A DNA stretch of 64,000 bases from Blepharisma stoltei ATCC 30299 (Eukaryota > Protista > Ciliophora), in the NCBI GenBank assembly GCA_965603825.1, contig CBFDEM010000025.1, positions 470,258 through 534,257 on the forward strand, read 5' to 3'. The notes below the pieces were generated by a model. The model was not told the DNA's origin. It worked only from the letters and a program-made list of their open reading frames with translations, and searched no databases. A program made the translations under genes and the position numbers. This document shows, piece by piece, positions 37,817 through 52,800 of this stretch. Numbering within the stretch: position 1 is the first letter of the stretch; every line of letters starts with the position of its first letter.

Positions 37817-40800
37817 TTAAGACTTAATGGCTTCATTGCTTGGATAAGCTTGTATGAGGAAGTATCTAACAATCATGTAAATGGTCTCCATAATAAAGAT
37901 CTCAATCAAAATTCCCCACAAGAAGCTGACAGCCCAATACCCACTCCACTCATGGCAGAAGTCATAGCTTAGCATAACAACCCCTACAATTGACCCAATC
38001 AGTACCGCCAGGCCCACAATAACTCCAATCGCTGGCCAGATTGGCGCTTTCTTTCTATCAATGCTAAACGCAACTATCATAAACACTTCAACAGGAATTG
38101 TGATCGCCAAAGCCAAAATCATATACCCAAAGTATTTTCCTTCATAATTATCAAACAGTGTCTGAGTCGCAGTTTCACTTCCTGAGTTAATGTCTTCAGA
38201 GCCATAATACAATAAGCCTTCTAATAATAGCTCAAAGACGATAGCAACGATTAAGGTAAATACTCTTGCGACTCTTGAGAAAATAGGTCTGTAATAGATA
38301 AGTCCAAACACCAAGTGTCCTTCAATTAATTCTTGCAGCTCATATTTGACTTCAGGTTCTGGTTTTTCAATAGGTGCTTCGATTTGTTCGACAACGGAAT
38401 TTTCAGTCAGATCGATATCTTGGGACTGGACACCTTCTTCGTCTGAGCTGTCTACATCGTCATCTTCAATGGATTCTTCGCCTTGAGAAGCATGAACACT
38501 TATGTTAGGACGCATGAGCCCTCTTAGAGTTGGTCTAGGAGAATGAGATGCTGGGGTGTTGGGAGGTGCATCCTTAGGAGCTTGAGTTGGTGATGAAGGA
38601 CTAATTCTGTCTATTATAACCATTATTGGAGCTAATAGCAAACCAATAAACAGAACTACCACAAGGATGTAGAGAGGAGCATAATTATCGTCACATGAGC
38701 TATCTGTTATTGGAACATAAGGCGGTGGGTTGACACTAGGATTCACCTCAGTAAGTTTGTACATTGAGAAGTGGTATACTTTAAATGTGACGGTTGAGGT
38801 GGAATTGTTGATACTTACTATCTTGCAGTTCGACTCAGTCCAATTAGAGCTTGTCTCATTATAATATACACAACCCCAGACCATGCCTTCTCCAATGTTT
38901 TTGCTATAAGGCAGCTCAATAAGGAATGGGTAATCTGATGATGAGAATGGGACATAAGTTTCAGTCGCCGGATTAAGTGAATAATCCTTATAAGTTCCTG
39001 AGTTTGCGAGACTAAAGATTGCAATAGCTGAAAAGTCATCAGTAAACCCATGATAGAAATTAGCTCTCATATTCATTATATTTGTATTAGAGTAATCCAA
39101 AGTGCCTGGATATGTAAGATTTGCAACGGTAGAATAATAACGAGTAGTATTTTGCATATCTTCTGGGAAGTTTCTGTCTTTATAAATATGAGTTTTAGCG
39201 GTGCTTATAGCATCATTAATTGATGACTGGGTAACTAAGTCATTTGCGGTAGATGCAATTGCCCAGGTTGTATAGAAGTTATTGACATAGAGAACGTACT
39301 TTTCAAAGGTTTGCTCAGAGAAGGTAGTATTGATGCCATAATTCAAATAGCTTTCGCCTATTTCCACTATAGAATCTAAATTATCTGCAGTTGGTACTAA
39401 GGATGTATAGGTCGTCAAAAGGTTGTCTACCCACACAATGAACTCTTCCCAGGTGTTGAGCGTCATTAATCCTTTTTGGGTTGACAAAGAATAAACTGCA
39501 CCTAGAACACTGTCCAAAAGGGTATTTGTCATAGTACTTTGACTGGAGACATAGGATTTCAAATCACTCCACATTGTGGAGAACAATGAACTGTCAATTG
39601 AAGCGCTGCTGCAGAACAAAGTAATGGTTGATGGTATGTTGTCTGGATCAAGAGTCAGCGTTGAATAAGAAGTTCTTAAAGCATCTGACTGCAATCGCCT
39701 GCTAACGTAATCTTTGACTGATATAGATGATTTTGTCGTGTAGTCCATGCAAGTATTGAGCTGGTCGCAAACATGTGCTAAAATAGTGATGGTGCCTGCA
39801 GGCATGTAATAGGAGATTTGAGATTGTTCTGTAGTCGATCCAATAATCCTGTAAGTTGTTCCACTATCCGTAGAATATTCAAAGGTGTACAGAATTGGGT
39901 AATCCTCACCATCACGGTCATAACAATTAGAAATTGATATTGAAAATGAAGTTGTCAAAGCTGTTCCTGAACTTGGATTAACTGAAGGGACTGTGTCTGA
40001 GCAAGCTGCTCCTAAGTTAACATTCAAAGCTAAGTCGACGCTAAAGCTTGAAGTTCCAGATGTAATAGTCAAAGAAAACACATACGACATACCTTCAGCA
40101 AGAGAGTTTGCAGTCAAAGACAGATAAGAAAGGTTATTTGGCGATATTTGTATTTTAGTTCCAGATGATTGAGACCATAGGATTGAGGTTCCATCGCCTC
40201 CAGAGACACTTGCTGAGAATCTATTTAACTGTTGATAGTTAGCTTTTACACTAATTGTTGGAATTGCTATATTGGTAGTTGCTGAAATATCTATGATATT
40301 GAGAGTTATTGTATAGCTTGCTGTTCTTGAATCTTTAGAAATTGTGCAAGTTAAATCCCATTGATTTACAACTAAGCTTGCTTTAGGAATGGTCAAGGCG
40401 CTGCTGCTTTGGCTTGAAAGGTATGATGCTATAGAGCAAGCTGTTCCATCTAAATGATTGGTGCAGGTCCATGCATAGGCAAGGCCATCTGCTGAATTAG
40501 TATCTGGGTCTTTAGAACTGCTTGCATCTATAATAAAGTCTAAGTTTTTATTGACATCTCCACTACCTTTGGATAGCTGAATAACAAGAGGTGATGAAGT
40601 CACTGTAATAGATACGCTGGCGCTTCCAGTTATAGGGGAACTATTAGTATTCTGAGTAGCTGTGGCAGTGAAAACATATGGACCTCCTGCAGCAAGCAAA
40701 TTGCTTGAAATAGACAGTTTTTGTGTAGTTGCCGAAGAAGCTAGATTAGTGGCTGCAGTGCTGGATGGGCCTGATGTATAAGCCCATTGCCAAGATATTG

Positions 40801-43800
40801 ACGTTGCAGAGCTTCCACAAATGGCAGCAACCAATGCTTTTACGGTCTTTGATTCTGAAGCTTTCATAGAAATAGTGCTTCCAGAGTCAAATGAAACAGT
40901 TAAAGTTTCTTGAGGAGAAATTGTTGTTGTCATTGATGCAGAACTAGTGAGCGCAAAGGTATTTGTTATTTGAACTGTCACAGTTAAGGATGTTAAAGAG
41001 GATGATATGCTTGATTTAGGAATTGAAATAGAGAATCCTGTTGCCTGTAAAATCAAATCTACCGATGTGGAGCTCCATTTGTATGTCAAAGAAGCTCCAT
41101 AATTGCCAGTTGACTTATCAGCAGAGTAAACAATTGCGTCATTATTGCATCCAAGTGAAATAGTCTGAGGTCCTGTTATCACGGCGACTGGACTAGGACT
41201 TGTTGGCATTTTAATCGATACGCTTAGCGGCTGGTAATTAATGGTGCATGGATCTTGAGTGTCTTTAAGGATCCAAGTGCCGTCTAGATTAATTGTAGAA
41301 TCCCTGAGGCTAAATTGGGTACCCAAAGCAATTTTGAGAGTCTTAGCGTCAGACCAAGAACACACTGGGCCAGTTCCCATCAATTGAAGAGTGTCATAGG
41401 TCAAAACCTTGCTGCATGAAGGATCAACTGTGGTATCTACTGGTACTTTAAATGATACTAAGACATATACATATGATGAGCTGTATGATGCTGATACAAC
41501 ATCTGTAGAAGCTAAATACTTTTTGCAGACCACACATTTGCTATTTGACAATGTGTATCCAGAGTTACAGAGACAGCTTTTTGAAGCTGAGTCATATGAA
41601 GAATTCGGTGTGCAAGAGCAAGTAATTCCAGATAACTCTGCATTTGTGATACATGCAGTGCAGTTTTGCCCATTAGAAGTAGAGCAAGAAGTGCAAAGAT
41701 TATTGCAAGTTGCGATACAGTTATTGTTCGAATCCAATGAGAAGCCACTCTTGCAAGAGCATAGACCATTTGAGCCTACTTCGGCATTGGAATTACAAGT
41801 TAAACAATTTGTAAGAGAGCTGCAAGTTGCACAAGATGTTGGACACTGAGAACACTTCCCATTTACCGGAGCATAACCACTATTACATTTGCATGAACTG
41901 GTTGCAGAGTTAAAGCTAGCATTTGCAACGCAGCTAGTGCATACACTTTCTGAAGTACAATTAGCACATTGATTTGTGCAAGCATTACAAATTGTTGAAT
42001 TTAAATAGTATCCTGCTATGCAACTTGTGCAAGTTGATGTTGAGGTACTACATAATGAGCAAGGTGATGTGCATTGATTGCAGGTTGAGTTGCTGCTAAG
42101 TGAGTATCCATCTGCGCATTTAGTGCAAATAGAGGCACTTGAACATTTCGAGCATGGTGATGTGCATTGATGGCAAGAATTAGAGGACAAATAATACCCG
42201 TCGACGCATGAAGTACAATTTGTAGCAGTAGAGTAACAGCTAGAGCATGGCGAAGTGCAGGTAGGACTAACGCAGGTAGAATTGCTTAAAACATAGCCAT
42301 CAGCACATGCAGTACATGTTGTAGCGGATCCAGAGCATTTCGAGCAAGGTGATGTGCATTGTTTGCATGTTGAATTGCTTGAGAAGTATCCATCAGCACA
42401 AACGCAAGTTGAATTAGAAAGAGTATAGCCGCTTAAACACTTTGTGCACACTGCATCGCTAGAACATTCTGAACAAGGAGATGTGCATTGAATGCAAGTG
42501 TTAGTAGATAGATAATATCCAGTTTGACAGCTTGTGCAATTCGTAGAACTTGTTTGACATCCAGAGCATGGAGATGTGCAGTTAACGCAAGCATTATTAC
42601 TCAAAATTAGGCCATTGGAACATTCAGTGCATGTTGTAGCAGATCCAGAGCATTTAGAGCATGGGGATGTGCATTGTTGGCAGGTTGAATTGCTCGAGAA
42701 GTACCCATCAGCACAGACACAAGTTGAATTAGAAAGAGTATAGGTACTTGAACACTTTGTGCATGCAGTAGCGCTAGAGCATTCTAAACAAGGAGATGTG
42801 CATTGAATACAACTATTGCCAGACAGATAATACCCAGAATCGCACTTGGTGCAATTGGTAGGACTTGCTTGGCACTCAGAGCATGGCGATGTGCAGTTAA
42901 CACAAGAGCTACCGCTCAATAATAGGCCACTTTCACATCCAGTACATGTTGTAGCAGAGTCAGAGCATTTAGAGCATGGTGATGTGCATTGCTGGCAAGT
43001 CGAGTTGCTTGAGAAGTATCCATCACCACAGACACAAGTTGAATTAGAAAGAGTATATCCATTTGAGCACTTTGTGCAAGTAGTAGAGCTAGAGCATTCT
43101 GAACAAGGAGATGTGCATTGAATGCAACTGTTACCAGACAGATAATACCCAGAATCGCACTTGGTGCAATTGGTAGGACTTGTTTGACACTCAGAGCATG
43201 GCGATGTGCAGTTAACGCAAGAGCTGCCGCTCAACAGTAGGCCACTTTCACATCCAGTGCATGTTGTAGCAGTTCCAGAGCATTTAGAGCATGGTGATGT
43301 GCATTGTTGGCAGGTTGAATTGCTTGAGAAGTATCCGTCAGTACAGACACAAGTTGAATTAGAAAGAGTATAGCTATTTGAACACTTTGTGCATGTTGTA
43401 GCGCTAGAGCATTCTAGACAAGGAGATGTGCATTGAATGCAACTGTTGCCAGACAGATAATACCCAGTATCGCACTTGGTGCAATTGGTAGGACTTGCTT
43501 GACATTCAGAGCATGGCGATGTACAGTTAACACAAGAGCTGCCGCTCAACAATAGGCCACTTTCACATCCAGTGCATGTTGTAGCAGAGTCAGAGCATTT
43601 AGAGCATGGAGATGCGCATTGCTGGCAAGTCGAGTTGCTTGAGAAGTATCCATCACCACAAACACAAGTTGAATTAGAAAGAGTATAGCCATTTGAGCAC
43701 TTTGTGCAAGTAGTAGAGCTAGAACATTCTGAACAAGGAGATGTGCATTGAACGCAGCTATTGCCTGAAAGATAATATCCAGTTTGACAGCTTGTGCAAT

Positions 43801-46800
43801 TAGTAGTGCTTGTATGGCACTCAGAGCATGGTGATGTACAGTTAAGACAAGTTGAATTACTCAAGATTAAGCCACTAGAGCATTCAGTGCAGGTTGTAGC
43901 AGTTTCAGAGCATTTAGAACATGGTGATGTGCATTTTTCGCAGGTCGAATTGTTTGAGAAGTATCCATCAGCACAGACGCAAGTTGAATTATTAGAAGTG
44001 TAGCCAGTTGGGCATTTACTGCAAGTTGTAGCGCTGGTGCATTCTAAGCAAGGAGATGTGCATTGATGGCAACTATTTGCAGAAAGATAATATCCAGTTT
44101 GACAGCTTGTGCAATTGGTAATAGTTTCTTGACATGAAGAGCATGGCGATGTACAGTTAGCACATGCACCATCGTTTAAGATTAGGCCACTGGAGCATTC
44201 AGTGCATGTTGTAGCAGTGCCGGAACATTTAGAGCATGGTGATGTGCATTTTTCACAAGTTGAATTGCTGGAAAAGTACCCATCAGCGCAGACACAAGTT
44301 GAATTAGAAAGAGTATAACTATTTGAACACTTTGTGCATGCTGTAGCACTAGAACATTCTAAGCAAGGAGATGTGCATTGCGTGCAAGTATTGCCAGAAA
44401 GATAATATCCAGTTTGACAACTCGTGCAATTTGTGAGGCTTCCTTGACACTGGGAGCATGGAGATGTGCAGTTGCTGCAAGTGCCATTATTCAAGATTAG
44501 GCCATTAGAGCATCCAGTGCATGTTGTAGCAGTTTCAGAACATTTAGAGCATGGTGATGTGCATTGTTCGCAAGTCGAATTGCTTTCAAAGTATCCATCT
44601 GCACATTCGCAGGTTGAATTATTAGAGGTATATCCGGTTGGACATTTAGTACAAGTTGTATTGCTTGAGCATTCTAAGCAAGGAGATGTGCATTGAAGAC
44701 AGCTATTACCAGAGAGATAGTATCCAGTTTCACAGCTTGTGCAATTGGTAAGACTTTCTTGACACCCAGAGCACGGAGATGTGCAGTTACTGCAAGTGCC
44801 ATTATTCAAGATTAAGCCATTCGAGCATTCAGTGCATGTTGTAGCAGTTTCAGAACACTTAGAACATGGTGATGTGCATTGTTGGCAGGTAGAATTGCTT
44901 GAAAAGTATCCATCGGCACATTCACAAGTTGAATTAGTAAGATTATAGCCATTTGGACATTTATTGCAATCTGTACTACTAGAGCACTCTAAGCAAGGAG
45001 ATGTGCATTGAATGCAGGCATTACCAGAAAGATAGTGTCCAGTTTGGCAGCTTGTACAATTCGTAGAAGTTGTTTGACACTCAGAGCAAGGTGAACTACA
45101 TTTCTCGCAAGTTGAATTGCTTAAAAAGTACCCATCGGCGCACTCACAAGTTGAATTAGTAAGATTAAAGCCGCTTGAACACTTTGTGCATACTGTCTCA
45201 CTAGAACATTCTATACAAGGAGATGTGCATTGAATGCAGGCATTACCTGAAAGATAGTGGCCAGTTTGACAGCTTGTGCAATTGGTAACTGTTTCTTGAC
45301 AGCTTGAGCATGGAGATGTACAGTTACTGCAAGTTCCATTATTTAAGATAAGGCCATTAGAGCATCCAGTACATGTTGTAGCAGTTCCAGAACATTTAGA
45401 GCATGGTGATGTGCATTGTTCGCAGGTCGAATTGCTTTCGAAGTATCCATCTGCACATATACAAGTTGTATTATTAGAGGTATATCCGGTGGGGCATTTA
45501 CTACAAGTTGTATTGCTTGAGCATTCTAAACAAGGAGATGTGCATTGAAGGCAACTATTGCCAGAAAGATAGTATCCAGTTTCACAGCTTGTGCAATTGG
45601 TTAGGCTACCTTGACACCCAGAGCATGGAGATGTGCAGTTACTGCAAGTGCCATTATTCAAGATCAGGCCATTAGAGCATTCAGTGCATGTTGTAGCAGT
45701 TTCAGAGCATTTAAAGCATGGTGATGTGCATTGTTCGCAGGTCGAATTGCTCGAGAAGTATCCATCTGCGCAGACACAAGTTGAATTGTTAGATGTATAC
45801 CCGTTTGGACATTTACTACAAGTTGTAGCGCTGGTGCATTCTAAGCAAGGAGATGTGCATTGAAGACAACTATTTCCAGAAAGATAGTATCCAGTTTCAC
45901 AGCTTGTGCAATTGGTAAGGCTTCCATGACACTCAGAGCATGGAGATGTACAGTTACTGCAAGTATCATTATTTAAGATTAAGCCATTAGAGCATTCAGT
46001 GCATGTTGTAGCACTTCCAGAACATTTAGAGCATGGTGATGTGCATTGCTGACAGGTAAAATTGCTTGAAAAGTATCCATCGGCGCATTCGCAAGTTGAA
46101 TTAGTAAGATTATAGCCATTTGGACATTTACTGCAATTTGTATCGCTAGAGCATTCTAAGCAAGGAGATGTGCATTGAATGCAACTATTACCAGAAAGAT
46201 AGTGGCCCGTTTGACAGCTTGTGCAATTCGTAGAAGTTTTTTGACACTCAGAACAAGGTGAACTACATTGCTCGCAAGTTGAATTGCTTAAAAAGTACCC
46301 ATCGGCGCACTCACAAGTTGAATTCGTAAGATTAAAGCCGCTTGAACACTTTGTGCATGCTGTAGCACTCGAACACTCTATACAAGGAAATGTGCATTGA
46401 ATGCAGGTATTACCAGAAAGATAGTGTCCAGTTTGGCAGCTTGTGCAATTGGTAACAGTTTCCTGACACTCAGAGCATGGAGATGTACAGTTACTGCAAG
46501 TTCCATTATTTAAGATAAGGCCATTTGAGCATCCAGTACATGTTGTAGCAGTTCCAGAACATTTAGAGCAAGGTGATGTGCATTGTTCGCAAGTCGAATT
46601 ACTTTCGAAGTATCCATCTGCACATACGCAAGTTGTATTATTAGAGGTATATCCGGTTGGGCATTTACTACATGTTGTATTGCTTGAGCATTCTAAGCAA
46701 GGAGATGTGCATTGAAGGCAACTATTACCAGAAAGATAGTATCCAGTTTGACAGCTTGTACAATTGGTAAGACTTCCTTGGCACTGAGAGCACGGAGATG

Positions 46801-49800
46801 TGCAGTTACTGCAAGTGCCATTATTCAAGATTAAGCCATTCGAGCATTCAGTGCATGTTGTAGCAGTTTCAGAACACTTAGAACATGGTGATGTGCATTG
46901 TTGACAGGTAGAATTGCTTGAAAAGTATCCATCGGCGCATTCGCAAGTTGAATTAGTAAGATTATAGCCATTTGGACATTTAGTGCAATCTGTACTACTA
47001 GAGCATTCTAAGCAAGGAGATGTGCATTGAATGCAGGCATTGCCAGAAAGATAGTGTCCAGTTTGACAGCTTGTACAATTCAAAGAACTTGTTTGACACT
47101 CAGAACAAGGTGAACTACATTGCTCGCAAGTTGAATTGCTTAAAAAGTACCCATCGGCGCACTCACAAGTTGAATTAGTAAGATTAAAGCCGCTTGAACA
47201 CTTTGTGCATACTGTCTCACTAGAACATTCTATACAAGGAGATGTGCATTGAATGCAGGTATTACCAGAAAGATAGTGTCCAGTTTGGCAGCTTGTGCAA
47301 TTGGTAACAGTTTCCTGACACTCAGAGCATGGAGATGTACAGTTACTGCAAGTGTCATTATTTAAGATAAGGCCATTAGAGCATGCAGTGCATGTTGTAG
47401 CAGTTCCAGAACATTTAGAGCATGGTGATGTGCATTGTTCGCAGGTCGAATTACTTTCGAAGTATCCATCTGCACATACGCAAGTTGTATTATTAGAGGT
47501 ATATCCGGTTGGGCATTTACTACATGTTGTATTGCTTGAGCATTCTAAGCAAGGAGATGTGCATTGAAGACAACTATTACCAGAAAGATAGTATCCAGTT
47601 TGACAGCTTGTACAATTGGTAAGACTTCCTTGGCACTGAGAGCATGGAGATGTACAGTTACTGCAAGTGCCATTATTCAAGATTAAGCCATTCGAGCATT
47701 CAGTGCATGTTGTAGCAGTTTCAGAACACTTAGAGCATGGTGATGTGCATTGCTGGCAGGTAGAATTGCTTGAAAAGTATCCATCAGCGCATTCGCAAGT
47801 TGAATTAGTAAGATTATAGCCACTTGGACATTTAGTGCAATCTGTACTACTAGAGCATTCTAAGCAAGGGGATGTGCATTGAATGCAACTATTACCAGAT
47901 AGATAGTGTCCAGTTTGACAGCTTGTGCAATTCGTAGAACTTGTTTGACACTCAGAGCAAGGCGAACTGCATTGCACGCAAGCTGTACTATTAGAAAAGT
48001 ATCCATCGGCGCACTCACAAGTTGAATTCGTAAGATTATAGCCGCTCGAACACTTTGTACATGCTGTAGCACTCGAGCATTCTATACAAGGAGATGTGCA
48101 TTGAGTACAGGTATTGCCAGAAAGATAGTGGCCAGTTACGCAGCTTGTACAATTGGTAACAGTTTCTTGACACTCAGAGCATGGAGATGTGCAGTTACTG
48201 CAAGTGCCATTATTTAAAATAAGGCTATTAGAGCATGCAGTGCATGTTGTGGCAGCTCCAAAACATTTAGAACATGGTGATGTGCATTGCTGACAAGTAG
48301 AATTGCTTGAAAAGTATCCATCGGCGCATTCACAAGTTGAATTAGTAAGATTATAACCATTTGGACATTTAGTGCAATCTGTACTGCTAGAGCATTCTAA
48401 GCAAGGAGATGTGCATTGAATGCAAGTATTACCTGATAGATAGTGGCCAGTTACACAGCTTGTGCAATTGGTTAAAGTTTCTTGACACCCAGAGCATGGA
48501 GACGTGCAGTTACTGCAAGTGCCATTATTTAAAATAAGGCCATTAGAGCATGCAGTGCATGCTGTAGCAGTTCCAAAACATTTAGAGCATGGTGATGTGC
48601 ATTGTTCACAGGTCGAATTACTTTCGAAGTATCCATCTGCACATACGCAAGTTGAATTATTAGAGGTATATCCGATTGGGCATTTACTACAAGTAGTATT
48701 GCTTGAGCATTCTAAGCAAGGAGATGTGCATTGAAGACAACTATTACCAGAAAGATAGTATCCAGTTTGACAGCTTGTGCAATTGGTAAGACTTCCTTGG
48801 CACTGAGAGCATGGAGATGTACAGTTACTGCAAGTGCCATTATTCAAGATTAAGCCATTCGAGCATTCAGTGCATGTTGTAGCAGTTTCAGAACACTTAG
48901 AACATGGTGATGTGCATTGCTGACAGGTAGAATTGCTTGAAAAGTATCCATCGGCGCATTCACAAGTTGAATTAGTAAGATTATAGCCATTTGGACATTT
49001 AGTGCAATCTGCGCTACTAGAGCATTCTAAGCAAGGAGATGTGCATTGAATGCAACTATTACCAGATAGATAGTGTCCAGTTTGACAGCTTGTGCAATTC
49101 GTAGAACTTGTTTGACACTCAGAGCAAGGCGAACTGCATTGCACGCAAGCTGTACTATTAGAAAAGTATCCATCGGCGCACTCACAAGTTGAATTCGTAA
49201 GATCATAGCCGCTTGAGCACTTTGTACATGCTGTAGCACTCGAGCATTCTATACAAGGAAATGTGCATTGAGTACAGGTATTACCAGAAAGATAGTGTCC
49301 AGTTACGCAGCTTGTACAATTGGTAACAGTTTCTTGACACCCAGAGCATGGAGATGTACAGTTACTGCAAGTGTCATTATTTAAGATAAGGCCATTAGAG
49401 CATGCAGTGCATGTTGTAGCGGCTCCAGAGCATTTAGAGCATGGTGATGTGCATTGCTCACAGGTCGAATTGCTTTCATAGTATCCATCTGCACATACGC
49501 AAGTTGTATTATTAGAGGTATATCCGGTTGGACATTTACTACAAGTTGTGCTGCTTGAGCATTCTAAGCAAGGAGATGTGCATTGAAGACAACTATTACC
49601 AGAAAGATAGTATCCAGTTTGACAGCTTGTACAATTGGTAAGACTTCCTTGGCACTGAGAGCATGGAGATGTGCAATTACTGCAAGTGCCATTATTCAAG
49701 ATTAAGCCATTCGAGCATGCAGTGCATGTTGTAGCAGTTTCAGAACACTTAGAGCATGGTGATGTGCATTGTTGGCAGGTAGAATTGCTTGAAAAGTATC

Positions 49801-52800
49801 CATCAGCACATTCACAAGCTGAATTAGTAAGATTATAGCCATTTGGGCACTTTGTACATACTGTATCACTCGAGCACTCTAAGCAAGGAGATGTGCATTG
49901 AATGCAGGTATTACCAGATAGATAGTGTCCAGTTTCACAGATTGTGCAATTAGTAGAACTTGTTTGACACTTAGAGCAAGGTGAACTGCATTGCACGCAA
50001 GCTGTATTGTTCGAAAAGTATCCATCGGCGCACTCACAAGCTGAATTAGTAAGATTATAGCCGCTTGAACACTTTGTGCATACTGTAGCACTCGAGCATT
50101 CTGTACAAGGAGATGTGCATTGAGTACAGGTATTACCAGAAAGATAGTGGCCAGTTTCACAGCTTGTGCAATTAGTAGCAGTTTCTTGGCAGGCAGAGCA
50201 TGGAGATGTACAGTTACTGCAAGTTCCATTATTTAAGATTAAGCCATTAGAGCATCCAGTACATGCTGTAGCAGTTCCAGAACATTTAGAGCATGGTGAT
50301 GCGCATTGTTCACAAGTGGAATTGCTCGAAAAGTACCCATCAGCGCACTCACAAGTTGAATTAGTAAGATTATAGCCGTTTGGACACTTTGTGCATACTG
50401 TATCATTAGAGCATTCTATGCAAGGAGATGTGCATTGAGTACAGGTATTACCAGAAAGATAGTATCCAGTTGCACAGCTTGTACAATTAGTAACGGTTTC
50501 TTGACACTGGGAGCATGGAGATGTACAGTTACTGCAAGTTCCATTATTTAAGATTAGGCCATTAGAGCATCCAGTGCATGTTGTAGCAGTCCCAAAACAC
50601 TTAGTACATGGTGATGTGCATTGCTGGCAGGTAGAATTGTATGAAAAGTACCCATCGGCGCACTCACAAGCTGAATTAGTAAGATTATAGCCGCTTGGAC
50701 ACTTTGTGCATACTGTATCACTAGAGCATTCTAAACAAGGAGTTGTGCATTGAGCACAGCTATTACCAGATATATAGTGTCCAGTTTCACAGCTTGTGCA
50801 ATTCGTAGAACTTGTTTGACACTTAGAGCAAGGTGAACTGCATTGCACGCAAGCTGTACTGTTCGAAAAGTACCCATCGGCGCACTCACAAGCTGAATTA
50901 GTAAGATTATAGCCGTTTAAACACTTTGTGCATACTGTAGCACTAGAGCATTCTGTACAAGGAGATGTGCATTGAGTACAGGTATTACCAGAAAGATAGT
51001 ATCCAGTTACACAGCTTGTGCAATTGGTTACAGTTTCTTGACACCCAGAGCATGGAGAAGTACAGTTACTGCAAGTTCCATTATTTAAGATTAGGCCATT
51101 AGAGCATCCAGTGCATGTTGTAGCAGTTTCAGAACATTTAGAGCATGGTGATGTGCATTGTTCACAAGTGGAATTGCTTGAAAAGTACCCATCGGCGCAC
51201 TCACAAGCTGAATTAGTAAGATTATAGCCGTTTGGACACTTTGTGCATACTGTAGAGCTCGAACATTCTATGCAAGGAGATGTGCATTGAGTACAGGTAT
51301 TACCAGAAAGATAGTATCCAGTTACACAACTTGTGCAGTTAGTAACGGTTTCTTGACACTGGGAGCACGGAGATGTACAGTTACTGCAAGTTCCATTATT
51401 TAAGATTAGGCCATTAGAGCATCCAGTGCATGCTGTAGCAGTCCCAAAACATTTAGAGCATGGTGATGCGCATTGTTCACAAGTGGAATTGTTCGTAAAG
51501 TACCCATCGCCACACTCACAAGTTGAATTAGCAAGAGTAAAACCGTTTGAACACTTTGTGCATACTGTAGAGCTCGAACATTCTGTGCAAGGGGATGTGC
51601 ATTGAGTACAGGCATTACCAGAAAGATAGTATCCAGTTACACAGCTTGTGCAATTCGTAACAGTTTCTTGACACTGGGAGCATGGAGAAGTACAGTTACT
51701 GCAAGTTCCATTATTTAAGATTAGGCCATTAGAGCATCCAGTGCAGGCTGTAGCACTTCCAGAACATTTATAGCATGGGGATGTGCATTGCTGGCAGGTA
51801 GAATTGTTTGAAAAGTACCCATCGGCACACTCACAAGCTGAATTAGTAAGATTATAGCCGTTTGGACACTTTGTGCATATTGTATCACTAGAGCATTCTA
51901 AACAAGGACTTGTGCATTGATTGCAGCTATTACCAGATAGATAGTGTCCAGTCTCACAGCTTGTGCAATTCGTAGAACTTGTTTGGCACTCAGAACAAGG
52001 TGAACTGCATTGCACGCAAGCTGTACTGTTCGAAAAGTACCCATCAGCGCACTCACAAGCTGAGTTAGTAAGATTAAAGCCGCTTGAACACTTTGTGCAT
52101 ACTGTAGAGCTCGAACATTCTGTACAAGGAGATGTGCATTGGGTGCAGGTATTACCAGAAAGATAGTATCCAGTAACACAGCTTGTGCAATTAGTAACGG
52201 TTTCTTGACACCCAGAGCATGGAGAAGTACAGTTACTGCAAGTTCCATTATCTAAGATTAGGCCATTAGAGCATCCAGTACAGGTTGTAGCACTTCCAGA
52301 ACATTTAGAGCATGGTGATGCGCATTGTTCACAAGTGGAATTGTTCGTAAAGTACCCATCGCCACACTCACAAGTTGAATTAGCAAGAGTAAAACCGTTT
52401 GAACACTTTGTGCATACTGTAGAGCTCGAACATTCTGTGCAAGGAGATGTGCATTGAGTACAGGCATTACCAGAAAGATAGTATCCAGTTACACAGCTTG
52501 TACAATTAGTAACGCTTTCTTGACACTGGGAGCATGGAGATGTACAGTTACTGCAAGTTCCATTATCTAAGATTAGGCCATTAGAGCATCCAGTGCATGC
52601 TGTAGCACTTCCAGAACATTTAGAGCATGGTGATGTGCATTGCTGGCAGGTAGAATTGTTTGAAAAGTACCCATCGGCACACTCACAAGCTGAATTAGTA
52701 AGATTATAGCCGTTTGGACACTTTGTGCATATTGTATCACTAGAGCATTCTAAACAAGGACTTGTGCATTGATTGCAGCTATTACCAGATAGATAGTGTC

